Assembly (NCBI GenBank): GCA_950072105.1
Contig: CATMOE010000009.1
Span: 14,443 to 78,442 of the forward strand
Direction: 5' to 3'
DNA: 64,000 nt
From: an uncultured Dehalococcoidia bacterium
GTDB lineage: Bacteria; Chloroflexota; Dehalococcoidia; Lucifugimonadales; UBA3495
The translations under genes were made by a program, and so were the position numbers. Position 1 is the stretch's first letter. Every line of letters begins with the position of its first letter. The notes under the pieces were generated by a model. The model did not search any database. It was not told the origin of the DNA and saw only the letters and a list, made by a program, of their open reading frames with translations. Positions 48,060 through 58,238 of this stretch are shown here, in pieces.

Positions 48060-49340
48060 TTAGAGTTGGAGACTATCCCCACCCCCCTCATGGACAGGTA
48101 CGCCGGCCGCTCGGGGCTGAGTCGTCTTTAGGGCTTCAGCCAGACGGGCCAATTCCTGCCCGTACCCCTCTGAACTATCCGCCATTCCGCTCAGGTCAAA
48201 GACAACATTCTCACTGCTCAGTGTGCGGCCCAGGCGGCCTCTACCCTGGGTAAGGCTGCTGTCCGGAGCCACAAGATACAAAAGCCATCGGTCTTTAGTC
48301 TGTTGAAGCCCTTGGGCCGCTGTGATGTCGTCGCGCACCGCTTCCGTGTCCAGTCCCGCTTCAGAGCAAATCACCACCAATTTATCGTAGGCGCGAATCC
48401 AACGCTCTACCTCTTCTTGATCGGAAGTGCTGTGCCGTTCCACTAAAGCACTGCCTCGGACATCATCAGAGAACACCCAGCAGCGAATACCATGAGCTTG
48501 CAATCCGGCCTGCAGAGATTCAGCGAATGCGGCATCTTGGGCCGAACAGGAAATGAAACAGTCACCCGGCGGCAACGGGGCGTCAAGAAGGCTCCGCTGG
48601 AACTCCACTATGGACTCGAGAGCGCCGGCGTTGCGTAAGAACAGGTCGCTTATCTTACCCCCAGACCGGTACAGGGTGTCCAAGCCTATCGAGCTGGGCG
48701 CGTCGTGACGGACCTCGTCCATACCTTCGGCCACGCTGAAGTCGCAGTTTTGGAACACGGTGTATCCAACGATGCTGCCGGCGAACTTAGTCTCCGACAT
48801 TTCCACGTTGTTAAAGGTCGCCTCATAAAAATCGGCGCCCTGCAGAATCGCCCCAGTCAATATGGAACGGGTTAGCTGGGCCCGGTGCAGCACCGCTCCG
48901 GTGAGGTTGGCGTTGGTGAGGTTGGCGCCGGTCAGATTGACCCGAGACAGATTCGCGCCGGTCAGATTCGCGCCCGTCAGATTCGCATCTGACAGGACGG
49001 CCCGGTCCATATCAGCGTTGGATAGGTTTGCTTCTCTAAGGTTGGCTCCTCTAAGGTTAGCGCCGTTCATCAACGACCGGCTCAGATCGGCCTGTCTCAG
49101 GTCGGCCCGGTACATATGACAGGGATTCAGGTGGCACCCCGAGAGGTTTGCCCGGACCAAGATCGCCCCCATCAAGTCGGAGTCGCGTATGTCCGCTCCC
49201 CTAAGGTCCACCTGATGCAAACGGGCGTAGCTCAAATAGGCGGCATTAAGATCCAGAACCTCGCCCACGTGCTCCTCTCGCCACTTAGCTACAGCGTCCC
49301 GGCCTTGCTTTACCAGTTGTACTTGCTCCATATCGGCCAT
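48060..49340 (-). CDS. Pentapeptide-repeat protein fused to C-terminal TIR-like domain
   Basis: A(N/D)LxG repeats over ~170 aa, then CFISCSAQD..FAESL...GIRCW..YDKLVVICS; GGAG RBS before ATG 49340. Confidence 0.85.
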   Translation of the reverse strand: MADMEQVQLVKQGRDAVAKWREEHVGEVLDLNAAYLSYARLHQVDLRGADIRDSDLMGAILVRANLSGCHLNPCHMYRADLRQADLSRSLMNGANLRGANLREANLSNADMDRAVLSDANLTGANLTGANLSRVNLTGANLTNANLTGAVLHRAQLTRSILTGAILQGADFYEATFNNVEMSETKFAGSIVGYTVFQNCDFSVAEGMDEVRHDAPSSIGLDTLYRSGGKISDLFLRNAGALESIVEFQRSLLDAPLPPGDCFISCSAQDAAFAESLQAGLQAHGIRCWVFSDDVRGSALVERHSTSDQEEVERWIRAYDKLVVICSEAGLDTEAVRDDITAAQGLQQTKDRWLLYLVAPDSSLTQGRGRLGRTLSSENVVFDLSGMADSSEGYGQELARLAEALKTTQPRAAGVPVHEGGGDSLQL

Positions 49341-49498
49341 TACAGTTGCTCCACAAACCAAACAAAACTTGAGAGCGTTTCCTCAACGGCTGGGCGAGGC
49401 GGACACCGAATTTCCCAGTCAACCGCCAGAGACATCAAACCGGAGGTCAGCTTCGACTCTACGCAGTGGGATTTTAGCACAAGGCAGAGATGTATGGG

Positions 49499-49852
49499 CT
49501 AACGGTTAGTCTCGATTATGGCCCTGCGGTGGCTCCCTTCCCCGATCTTCCGATCCCCCTCGTAGGCCTCAACTCGAAAGGTCAGACGGTTGCGGTCAAT
49601 CTCGATGAGCTCGGCATGGGCGATGATCGTCGCCCCAATGTCCGCTGGAGCCAGGTGGCGCACGTTTACTTCAAAACCCACCGAGGTTTGCTCCGCGTCA
49701 AGGAACTCGTGGACTGCCTGGATCGCCGCCTGTTCCATAAGACCAATCATCGCCGGAGTGCTGAACTTATCCACGTGTCCGGCTACGTTATGCTCACAGA
49801 CCAGAACTTGCCGCTCGCCCTTCAACCCCGGCGCGATTTTAGCGTTTACCAT
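49499..49852 (-). CDS. Fluoroacetyl-CoA thioesterase (FlK)-like hot-dog thioesterase
   Basis: STPAMIGLME, SVG..V.HLAP, IGEG.H.RAII (Thr/Glu/His triad). Confidence 0.85.
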   Translation of the reverse strand: MVNAKIAPGLKGERQVLVCEHNVAGHVDKFSTPAMIGLMEQAAIQAVHEFLDAEQTSVGFEVNVRHLAPADIGATIIAHAELIEIDRNRLTFRVEAYEGDRKIGEGSHRRAIIETNR

Positions 49853-49986
49853 AGATTGCCGCCTCCGTTTGCCTCAAAGTCTCGCTCGGATTTGTATGAT
49901 ATCAGATACTCTGGGACAGGCGGCCCGATGTCAGCTTGAACCGCCTCATGTATTAAGATATGATTCTACGAAGCGGGATGCCAAGT

Positions 49987-50907
49987 ATGCCGAGCAAGAG
50001 AAACTTTCTATCAATCACCGATTTCAGTCCCCAGGAGACCGCCGATCTGCTCCGGCGGGCTTGCCAGATGAAGGCGGACCGTACGGTCAAGCCCCTCGAG
50101 GGCAAGAGCGTTGCGCTCCTGTTCGAGAAACCCTCCCTCCGCACTCGGGCCAGCTTCGAAGTGGGTATCAAGCAGATGGGCGGGAATTGTGTATACATGG
50201 GCCAGGACGAGGTTGGACTGGGCGTCAGAGAGTCCATAGCCGACGTGGCCCGAGTGCTCTCGGGTTACGTTGATTGCATCGTAGCCCGGGTATTTGAACA
50301 TAAGAGCCTGGAAGAACTTGCGGCCTACGCCGATGTTCCGGTGGTCAACGCCCTCTCCGACTGGGAGCACCCTTGCCAGATAATGGCCGATATGCTGACT
50401 ATCCAGGAACACCAGGGAGATCTATCCGGCCTGAAATTAGCATTCATCGGTGACGGCAACAACGTAGCCCGTAGTCTGTGCCTGGGCTTACCGCCGATGG
50501 GGGTACACTTCACCATCGCGGGGCCGCAGGGCTACGATCTAGACGAAGCTTCTCTCTCCCTTGCCCGCCAGAGAGCCGGAGACGACTCCATCCAGGTGCT
50601 CACTACTTCTGACCCTATAGTCGCGGTTAAAGACGCCGACATCGTGTACACCGACGCGTGGACCAGCATGGGACAAGAAGACGAAGCGGAGATACGCCGC
50701 AAGGCGTTTCAAGGCTACACCGTGGATCCTGAATTACTCTCCAAGGCGAAACCCAGCGCTAATTTCATGCACGACATGCCGGTTCATTACGGAGAGGAAA
50801 TACCGCCGGGCATGCTGGAACACAGCCAGTCGGTGGCCTACGACCAGGCCCACAACCGGTTGCCAGCACAAAACGCTATTCTGGAGTATCTTCTAACCGG
50901 CGGCTGA
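49987..50907 (+). CDS. argF: Ornithine carbamoyltransferase
   Basis: FEKPSLRTR, HPCQ, GDGNN, WTSMG, HDMP (HCLP variant). Confidence 0.93.
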   Translation: MPSKRNFLSITDFSPQETADLLRRACQMKADRTVKPLEGKSVALLFEKPSLRTRASFEVGIKQMGGNCVYMGQDEVGLGVRESIADVARVLSGYVDCIVARVFEHKSLEELAAYADVPVVNALSDWEHPCQIMADMLTIQEHQGDLSGLKLAFIGDGNNVARSLCLGLPPMGVHFTIAGPQGYDLDEASLSLARQRAGDDSIQVLTTSDPIVAVKDADIVYTDAWTSMGQEDEAEIRRKAFQGYTVDPELLSKAKPSANFMHDMPVHYGEEIPPGMLEHSQSVAYDQAHNRLPAQNAILEYLLTGG

Positions 50908-51039
50908 CCGGGGCCTTTACCAGATTGAATAGGCGTAAAGAAGTATCTAAAGACTGGGTTCGTTTACAACCCTCCGGCACGCTGGGTTCGGAACCCAAAG
51001 GCCGAACCACAGTAACAATCCCAATAGCAGGATGACCGA

Positions 51040-52443
51040 ATGCCGGACCTACAGACACAGAATGAGAGCCCGAGTGCCCTACCAAACAATTCATACGTCA
51101 CTTTGCCCATAGTTGCCATCGTTGGACGGCCCAACGTGGGCAAATCTTCCCTGTTCAACCGCATCCTGGGACGCCGTCACGCCATCGTGAGCGAAGTTTC
51201 CGGGACCACCAGGGACCGCCTTATCTCAGAGGTCGAGTGGGACGACCGCCGGTTCATTCTGATCGACACCGGAGGGCTTGAGTCCAAGCCGGAAGGCCCC
51301 ATCAGAGAACGAGTGCAAGAACAGGCGGATATGGCGGTAGCCGACGCCGACGTAATCATCTTCCTTACCGATGTCACCGAAGGCCTCACAGTCAACGACC
51401 TGGCGGCCGTGGAGCGGCTGAGACGGAGTTTGAAACCCGTAATCCTGGCGGTTAACAAAGTCGACAACGAGTCTAGGGAGTTCAGCGCTTCGGAGTTTTA
51501 CCAACTGGGCCTCCAGGAACCGCTGCTGATAAGCGCTTATCACAACCGAGGCGTTTACCCATTGATGGATCAGGTTTTAGCCCTTCTGCCCACCCCGCCG
51601 GAAGTGGCAGAGGATTGGGACCAGGACAGCGGATCAGAATCCAGTGACCTGAAGATAGCCATCATCGGCAGGACCAACGTAGGCAAGTCCATGTTGATGA
51701 ACAGCATCCTGGGCCAGGAAAGGTCTATCGTCACGCCTGAAGCCGGCACCACCCGCGATGCGCTGGATACCTACATGAGCTATGACGGCCACGACGTCAC
51801 GCTCATCGACACCGCCGGTATGCGAAGGCGGGGCCTGGTTCAACGGGGTATCGAAAAGTTCAGCGTGATACGAGCCGTCAACGCCGTAGGCCGAAGCGAA
51901 ATCACCCTTCTGGTCATCGACGCCACCGAACTGGCCACGGCTCAAGATTCCCACATCGCCGGACTAGCCTGGGAGATGTGCCGGGGTTTGGTGGTGGTGG
52001 TCAATAAATGGGACCTGGCAGAGGACGGCAGCCGGTACGCTCAACAAGTAACCGCTGACGAAATCCGTGAAAAGATCCATTTCATGTCTTACGTGCCGAT
52101 AGTCTTCACTTCAGCGCTGCACGGACGCGGGATAGACCCCCTGATGCGAACCGTCCTCGAGCTACAACAAGAGCGGTCTCGGTTCGTGCCGGCCCGTGAG
52201 TTGCAATACGTAATGGCAAGGGCCTTGGCCAGCCACTCTCCGCCGCCGGTGAAAGGCCACTCCCGGGAGCGGGTCTACTTCAGCCGCCTGCGCCAGGTTG
52301 GCATAAACCCGCCCACATTCTTATTCACCGTCGACAAACCTTGGCTGGTACACTTCTCTTATGAACGATACTTGGAAAATCAGATTCGAAACAACTTCGG
52401 CTTCGACCATACTCATTTGAAGCTGGTGTTCAAGAAAGCATGA
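51040..52443 (+). CDS. der: Ribosome biogenesis GTPase Der (EngA)
   Basis: Tandem G domains GRPNVGKS/GRTNVGKS, DTGG/DTAG, NKVD/NKWD, KH-like tail RYLENQIR. Confidence 0.96.
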   Translation: MPDLQTQNESPSALPNNSYVTLPIVAIVGRPNVGKSSLFNRILGRRHAIVSEVSGTTRDRLISEVEWDDRRFILIDTGGLESKPEGPIRERVQEQADMAVADADVIIFLTDVTEGLTVNDLAAVERLRRSLKPVILAVNKVDNESREFSASEFYQLGLQEPLLISAYHNRGVYPLMDQVLALLPTPPEVAEDWDQDSGSESSDLKIAIIGRTNVGKSMLMNSILGQERSIVTPEAGTTRDALDTYMSYDGHDVTLIDTAGMRRRGLVQRGIEKFSVIRAVNAVGRSEITLLVIDATELATAQDSHIAGLAWEMCRGLVVVVNKWDLAEDGSRYAQQVTADEIREKIHFMSYVPIVFTSALHGRGIDPLMRTVLELQQERSRFVPARELQYVMARALASHSPPPVKGHSRERVYFSRLRQVGINPPTFLFTVDKPWLVHFSYERYLENQIRNNFGFDHTHLKLVFKKA

Positions 52444-53159
52444 ACCGGCTCAATCCAACAATCATTTTTGCTCTGACCGGGATACCCCTGTTGGCGGCCG
52501 CCTTCGTGGCCGTGCTTCTGACCATGGGGGGGCAACCCAGGCCGGTACAATACGCCGCTGTCTTGGGCGTTTCCTACCTGTTGGGTTCCGTTCCTTGGGG
52601 ATACATACTGCTGAAGATGCGGATGGGGGTGGATATCCGGCAGCACGGCAGCGGACGCACGGGCATGTCCAACGTGTTGCGGACAGGCGGGGGCAAGGTA
52701 GCGGCTTTGGTACTGCTTTTGGACGTGGGCAAGGGAGTCCTTCCGGTTTTCCTGGCCCGGACAATAATTGGGTCCAGCGAAGCTGATGTCGCCGCGGCAC
52801 TTCTAGCGCTCATCGGCCACAACTGGCCCGTGTTCTTAGGGTTCCGCGGTGGCCGGGGAATCGCCACCGGGGCGGGGGCGCTAACCATACTCGCCCCTAT
52901 CTCCGCCGCCGTTGGGTTCGTTGTTTTTGTTTCGGCCACTTTTGCCAGCCGTTATGTCTCGTTGGGTTCCATCACCGGCGTAGTGGCGGCCAGCCTGGCC
53001 ATGCTGGCGCTTGACCTTTTGGGCTACTCTCCCACGCCCTACACCGTTTACGGTTTCCTGGGCGGCGGAATCATCATCTGGCAGCACCGTGACAATATCC
53101 GGAGGATCCGGGATGGTAACGAGCGGCGTTTGGGACACCCAAGCACCGGTCCCAACTAG
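52440..53159 (+). CDS. plsY: Glycerol-3-phosphate acyltransferase PlsY
   Basis: YLLGSVP, GSG.TG..NV.R, GHNWPVF..F.GG.G.AT, HRDNI.R. Confidence 0.94.
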   Translation: MNRLNPTIIFALTGIPLLAAAFVAVLLTMGGQPRPVQYAAVLGVSYLLGSVPWGYILLKMRMGVDIRQHGSGRTGMSNVLRTGGGKVAALVLLLDVGKGVLPVFLARTIIGSSEADVAAALLALIGHNWPVFLGFRGGRGIATGAGALTILAPISAAVGFVVFVSATFASRYVSLGSITGVVAASLAMLALDLLGYSPTPYTVYGFLGGGIIIWQHRDNIRRIRDGNERRLGHPSTGPN

Positions 53160-53298
53160 TTTCCGGTCATGAGCCATTCACCGGCCGTCACAGCGTTGCC
53201 GGCGAAACACCGAATGCCCGCAACCGTTGTTAACCCCGTATTCAGGTCAAGGTACCCGCTCGGCCCATCAGCAACATATACCAAGGAGTAGCCCGGTT

Positions 53299-54303
53299 TT
53301 GGATGCAACGGTGGCTGTTATAGGGACCACCACTTGGGGGACCGCGCTGGGGATCATCCTGGCGAGGAAGAATATTCCCGTCAGGATGCTGGCCCGAACG
53401 GCCGCTGAGGCTGAGCAACTCCAGTCAGACCGCCGGAACGTCCGTTTCCTACCGAATGCACCCTTCCCCGACTCCCTAACCATCAGCGACTCAGTGGCCC
53501 AGGTGGTCGCCTCCGCCGATTTAATCATTGTCGCCGTGCCTTCCCATACCTTGCGCCATAATATCCAGAAAATAAGGGACTGCGTAAGCCCGGGCGTCCC
53601 GATTCTCAGCGCGGCCAAGGGCCTGGAATTACCCAGCGGTAAGCGGATGAGCCAAGTCATGGAAGAAGAACTGCCGGGCAAACTTCATCCAGGAATCTGC
53701 GCGATTTCCGGCCCGAATTTCGCCGACGAGATCGTTCAGGGAAAGATAGCTTCTACGGTGGTGGCCGGCCGCGATAGCCATGGCATAGAACAGGTCCAAG
53801 CCATTCTGGTGTCACGTTCACTTCGTGTTTACACCAGCGAGGACCTGTTGGGAGTGGAACTGGGCGGAGCCCTAAAGAACATCATCGCCCTGGGGGCCGG
53901 GATCGCCGATGGATTGAACATAGGGGACAACGGCAAAGCCGCGTTCATTACCCGGGGATTGGCCGAGATAACCCGTTTGGGTATCGCCGCCGGCGCACAG
54001 CCGCTGACCTTCGCCGGATTGGCGGGACTAGGCGATGTGATAGCCACCTGCGCCAGCAAACTGAGCCGCAACCGGCACGTGGGAGAACAACTGGCTCAGG
54101 GGTATTCTTTGGCCGAGATCCAAGAGTCCATGGACAATGTGGCCGAGGGCGTCAATACCATCGGCGCAGCCTTGGCTATGGCCAAAGAATTGAACGTGGA
54201 AATGCCCATCGCCCAGGCCACCTATCAGGTATTGTTCGAAGGTCTTTCTCCCCAGGAAGCCATCACCCAGTTGATGGAACGGCCACCCCGCTCCGAGTGG
54301 TGA
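53299..54303 (+). CDS. gpsA: NAD(P)H-dependent glycerol-3-phosphate dehydrogenase
   Basis: WGTAL, KGLE, SGPNFA, GALKN, GD...TC...SRN; AGGAG RBS before TTG 53299. Confidence 0.94.
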   Translation: MDATVAVIGTTTWGTALGIILARKNIPVRMLARTAAEAEQLQSDRRNVRFLPNAPFPDSLTISDSVAQVVASADLIIVAVPSHTLRHNIQKIRDCVSPGVPILSAAKGLELPSGKRMSQVMEEELPGKLHPGICAISGPNFADEIVQGKIASTVVAGRDSHGIEQVQAILVSRSLRVYTSEDLLGVELGGALKNIIALGAGIADGLNIGDNGKAAFITRGLAEITRLGIAAGAQPLTFAGLAGLGDVIATCASKLSRNRHVGEQLAQGYSLAEIQESMDNVAEGVNTIGAALAMAKELNVEMPIAQATYQVLFEGLSPQEAITQLMERPPRSEW

Positions 54304-54340
54304 TGTCACTTGAATATCCTTTTACGTCTGCCCGGAAGGT

Positions 54341-54406
54341 GGTCCGACAAGCTCACTACGAACGGTAGAATCGTTCTTTCCGTTCGTCCTGAGCCTATCG
54401 AAGGAC
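54341..54406. repeat. REP-like imperfect inverted repeat
   Basis: TCCGACAAGCTCACTACGAACGG ... CCGTTCGTCCTGAGCCTATCGAA between convergent genes. Confidence 0.6.
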
Positions 54407-54441
54407 CCAACACTAGGCAATATAGAATGTTTAGATAACCT

Positions 54442-54813
54442 CTAACGTATCTGGCCGCGAACCAACCCCGGCGCCCGCTCCAACAGCCATTCCGCCAGCA
54501 CCACCCGGTGGCATGGCTGGCCTTCCCGTTCAAAGCAGAGCAGAGTGAAGTCCCCCAGGTCTGTAATCCCAGCCAGCCAGTCTCGCAGATCGGGCGACTC
54601 GTCGTGCCGGAGGTCAAGGGAGCTTCTATACTCGGCGGACAAAGCGGCAAAGTCCAACTCTCCGGCGCGGTAGGCAACCAAGAGGTCTCGAGCCGGGTAA
54701 AGAAAGGGCAACGTCTCCCACTGGGTCCGGCGTCCCCGGGGATGGCTTCTTGAAACCCGGTAGCGCAGTCCTTCCCAGTTGCCCGGAGCGTAAAAGCTAG
54801 CGGTGTATAGCAT
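54442..54813 (-). CDS. DUF488-like protein
   Basis: MLYTASF, TLLCFE....CHR..LA.WL. Confidence 0.75.
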   Translation of the reverse strand: MLYTASFYAPGNWEGLRYRVSRSHPRGRRTQWETLPFLYPARDLLVAYRAGELDFAALSAEYRSSLDLRHDESPDLRDWLAGITDLGDFTLLCFEREGQPCHRVVLAEWLLERAPGLVRGQIR

Positions 54814-55895
54814 CAGCCTTCCGAACCGGGCTCTTGCGGGGATGAGCCGGTCCCTTCATACCCCATTTCAAGGTGTCTGGGGGGGTGCGACCACCGGGGG
54901 ATCAACCGGCGCAAAACGAACAGGACGGCTCCCACGGCGATGACCGAGACGTAGGTGATTGACCGGTCCACCAGAACCAACGCCGTAGCGGCATTCACGG
55001 ATAAGCTGGACAACCGCACGAGCAATCCCGCCACGCCTGACTCTACGGCTCCGATCCCACCGGGGGTGGGCACCAGGGTGAGCAGAGAGTTGGCCAGGGT
55101 AATGAAGATAATCAGAGGAATCCCCAGACCGAGGTTCAAGGCGTGGGCCACAAGGTAAAGCCGTCCCACCTCCGACAACCAAGCTAACAATCCCAATATG
55201 GTCACCGGAGGCACCTGGCGAAAACTCCCAACAGCGCCTTCTTGAAGCCTCTGGTAGCGTTCCGCCAACCATCCGGGCAACATACGTAACGCCCGGTCTT
55301 TGGCCAGTCTTAAAACTAAGAACACCACGGTTAAAGTAACCACCAGGACTATGGCCGTGCCCAGTACCGCCCAAGTAACGATGTCGCCGCCTCCAATCAG
55401 AAAAGGAATCGCCGCCAGAAGCAACAGAGCCACCAGGATAGCGTCAAGCATGCGCTCGGCCAAGAGAGTGCCGATGGTGCGGGAGAAGGATGCGCCCATC
55501 TCGTCGCGGTACAGATAAGCCCGATAGGCGTCGCCCAATCGAAACCAAGCTACCGAGTTGGCGAACCACCCCAGGAGCACCAACTGGCTGCAATACAGGA
55601 CGCCAGGAGCGGCTGATCCGTCCTCCTGAGCATTGCGCAGCAAGATGCTCCATCTGGCGCCCCTGAACAGGAAAGTAGTGTAGTGAACCAGCACTGCTAG
55701 CGCCAGATACCAGGGATTGCTATCCCTGACCCGGTCCCATGCGACGCCTGGGTCTACGTCGAAACGGGTCACCAGGAAGAACAGAAAGGCCCCGGCCAAG
55801 GCCAGTGAGACCAGAGAGGGAAGAGATAACACCCGCCGCTTGATGGGGACAGGCCCCTCCGGGTGTTCGTTGGACCGGGAACGGAAGGGAAACAT
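54813..55895 (-). CDS. Lysylphosphatidylglycerol synthase TM / flippase-like membrane protein (UPF0104)
   Basis: RW..LL, RLGDAYRA, ERMLD, TPGGIGAVE, DR.I motifs. Confidence 0.88.
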   Translation of the reverse strand: MFPFRSRSNEHPEGPVPIKRRVLSLPSLVSLALAGAFLFFLVTRFDVDPGVAWDRVRDSNPWYLALAVLVHYTTFLFRGARWSILLRNAQEDGSAAPGVLYCSQLVLLGWFANSVAWFRLGDAYRAYLYRDEMGASFSRTIGTLLAERMLDAILVALLLLAAIPFLIGGGDIVTWAVLGTAIVLVVTLTVVFLVLRLAKDRALRMLPGWLAERYQRLQEGAVGSFRQVPPVTILGLLAWLSEVGRLYLVAHALNLGLGIPLIIFITLANSLLTLVPTPGGIGAVESGVAGLLVRLSSLSVNAATALVLVDRSITYVSVIAVGAVLFVLRRLIPRWSHPPRHLEMGYEGTGSSPQEPGSEG

Positions 55896-55935
55896 CAGAG
55901 ACGCAAACGGACACCCGAGCGGTCAGCCCCCAAGG

Positions 55936-56835
55936 CTAACGCAGCTCCTTGGGCAGGGTGAAGCTCACGTCTTCTTCCACGCCGGGTAGCACGGTTACTT
56001 TCTCCGGATTCAACGCCTTTACTACGCTTTCTACCAGAACTTCCGGGGTAGAGGCCCCAGAAGTGATTCCCACAGTCGCCACGCCTTCCAGCCAGGCCGG
56101 ATCAATCTCCTCGGGGCCATTTATCAGGTAGGATGGTACTCCTTGAGCTTCGGCCACCTCACGTAGCCGGTTGCAGTTGGAGCTATTTACGGCGCCTATG
56201 ACCAGGACAACGTCAACCAAAACCGCCATTTCCAGTACTGCCGACTGGCGATTCGTGGTGGCATAGCATATATCGTTGCGGATCAACGCATCGGGGAACC
56301 GTCCCCTGATAGCGCCGATGCTCTGGGCGGTATCTCCGACAGAGAGGGTGGTCTGAGTCAACACCGCAACCTCAGTATCGGCATCCCAATCCGGTAGGTT
56401 GGACGGATCAGCGTCGTCTATCAAGGTCATGTCCACCTGCCCCATAGTACCCCGTACTTCCTGATGCCCACTATGGCCCACCAGCAGTACCTTTTTACCC
56501 TCACTGCGGTACTTCTTGGCCTCGTTGTGGACCTTGGTCACCAGTGGACAAACAGCGTCGATCACCTGCAGGCCGCGCTCTTTGGCTTGTTGAAAGTCCT
56601 CCGGCGGGGACCCGTGGGCCGAGAACACCACCCTGGAGCCGGGCGGAATCTCCTCAACGGTTTCAACGGTTATCGCTCCCTTTCGTTCCAATTCGGCGAC
56701 TACGTAGGGGTTATGGACGATCTGGTGCTTCACGTAAACGGGAGGCCCGTACCGGTCAAGACAGATCTCCACGACCTCGATAGCGCGCACCACACCAGCG
56801 CAAAAACCCCGGGGAGCGCTGAGAATCACTTCCAA
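55936..56835 (-). CDS. ispH: 4-hydroxy-3-methylbut-2-enyl diphosphate reductase
   Basis: PRGFCAGV, SAHG, DAVCPLV, HQEV, QTT, ICYAT, SSN, GASTP. Confidence 0.97.
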   Translation of the reverse strand: MEVILSAPRGFCAGVVRAIEVVEICLDRYGPPVYVKHQIVHNPYVVAELERKGAITVETVEEIPPGSRVVFSAHGSPPEDFQQAKERGLQVIDAVCPLVTKVHNEAKKYRSEGKKVLLVGHSGHQEVRGTMGQVDMTLIDDADPSNLPDWDADTEVAVLTQTTLSVGDTAQSIGAIRGRFPDALIRNDICYATTNRQSAVLEMAVLVDVVLVIGAVNSSNCNRLREVAEAQGVPSYLINGPEEIDPAWLEGVATVGITSGASTPEVLVESVVKALNPEKVTVLPGVEEDVSFTLPKELR

Positions 56836-56865
56836 GACAGTGCCTCCCTAACAGTTTCCGGGCCG

Positions 56866-58047
56866 CTACTCACCGTATCCCCGGATCAGGTCTAGGTATT
56901 TGTAACCTGACCCGGTATTAAGCAGCACGGTAACATCGTCTTCGGCCAGATCTCCCGAACCTAACAGCCGTTTCAGAGCAACTAGAGTAGCCGACCCTTC
57001 CGGGCAAGCGATAACTCCTTCCTTGGAAGCGATCTCGTACATCGCGTCCACCATTTCCGTGTCCTCCACCGCCAAAGCCGTCCCCCCCGTTTCGCGAAGC
57101 GCTTGGAGGATCAAGTAGTCGGCGAAAGGACCCGGCACCCGCAGGCCGTCGGCCACGGTTTTCGCGTTCGGCCACGGCTCGGCCGAATCCGCCCCCGCCT
57201 CAAATGCCTTGACTATCGGTTGGCAACCGGCGGCCTGCACCGCGATGAACTTGGGCGGCTCGCCTTCCACCCAGCCCAGGTCCAGCAATTCCCGGAATCC
57301 TTTGTGCATGCCTATGATTCCGGTGCCACCGCCGGTGGGGTAGATGATGGTATCGGGCATCCGCCAGCCCAACTGCATGGCAATCTCAAGGGCCATGGTC
57401 TTTTTGCCTTCGGCCCGGTAAGGCTCTTTCAACGTAGAGAGGTCAAAGAGCTTCTCTTCTTCCGCCACCGCCACCGCCTGACGCCCGGCATCGCCGATGT
57501 GGCCATCGACAAGGTTGAGTTCCGAGTCTGCCAGAAGACACTCCTTTTTATTGGCGTCCGGGGCGTCTTGAGGCATATAAACCTTGACGTTCAACCCTGC
57601 CCTGGCGCAATAAACGGCGGCGGCGCCGGCCGCGTTGCCCGCGGAAGGCATGGTAAACCCGGTTGCCCCCAGTTCTTTGGCCTTGGAGATCGCCGCCGAC
57701 AGTCCTCTGGCCTTGAACGTTCCCGTAGGGTTCAGGCCTTCTTCCTTGATAAACAGGTGGCCCATGTTTAGGGACTTCCCAATATTGCTTGCGTTCAGGA
57801 GGGGGGTGGCCCCCTCGCCTAAGGTAACTATGTTCTCGTCTTGGAATACCGGCAGCAGTTCGGCGAAGCGCCACATATTGTCGGGACGCCCGGCAAACAC
57901 GTCGCGGCTCACTTCCCGGCCCAGCCTGGTCAGGTCGTAGCGAGCGAAAAGGACTTTGCCGCAGCATGGACTGACTTTGATAAGCTCGCCATAGGGGTAA
58001 TCCTTACCGCACTGGGTACATTCCAAGTGGTCCAAGTAGCTCGTCAT
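56866..58047 (-). CDS. thrC: Threonine synthase (PLP-dependent)
   Basis: LGEG.TPL, NPTGTFKARG, SAGNA, EGKKT, PTGGG, NTGSG.K. Confidence 0.88.
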   Translation of the reverse strand: MTSYLDHLECTQCGKDYPYGELIKVSPCCGKVLFARYDLTRLGREVSRDVFAGRPDNMWRFAELLPVFQDENIVTLGEGATPLLNASNIGKSLNMGHLFIKEEGLNPTGTFKARGLSAAISKAKELGATGFTMPSAGNAAGAAAVYCARAGLNVKVYMPQDAPDANKKECLLADSELNLVDGHIGDAGRQAVAVAEEEKLFDLSTLKEPYRAEGKKTMALEIAMQLGWRMPDTIIYPTGGGTGIIGMHKGFRELLDLGWVEGEPPKFIAVQAAGCQPIVKAFEAGADSAEPWPNAKTVADGLRVPGPFADYLILQALRETGGTALAVEDTEMVDAMYEIASKEGVIACPEGSATLVALKRLLGSGDLAEDDVTVLLNTGSGYKYLDLIRGYGE

Positions 58048-58238
58048 TCGGCAAAACCCCTCATTATGTGGCGTCACGCACGCCATCTGGCGTCACCCGC
58101 GCCGCCAGAATATCATACTCCATGGGGATGGTCTTTGGTACGGGTGGAGGTTGGGCGAATAGGGTGTTACGACGCTTTTGCCGGATTTATGCCTATGCTA
58201 TAATCGGGTTTTCCCCCTAGTCCGTTCAGAGAGTTACG

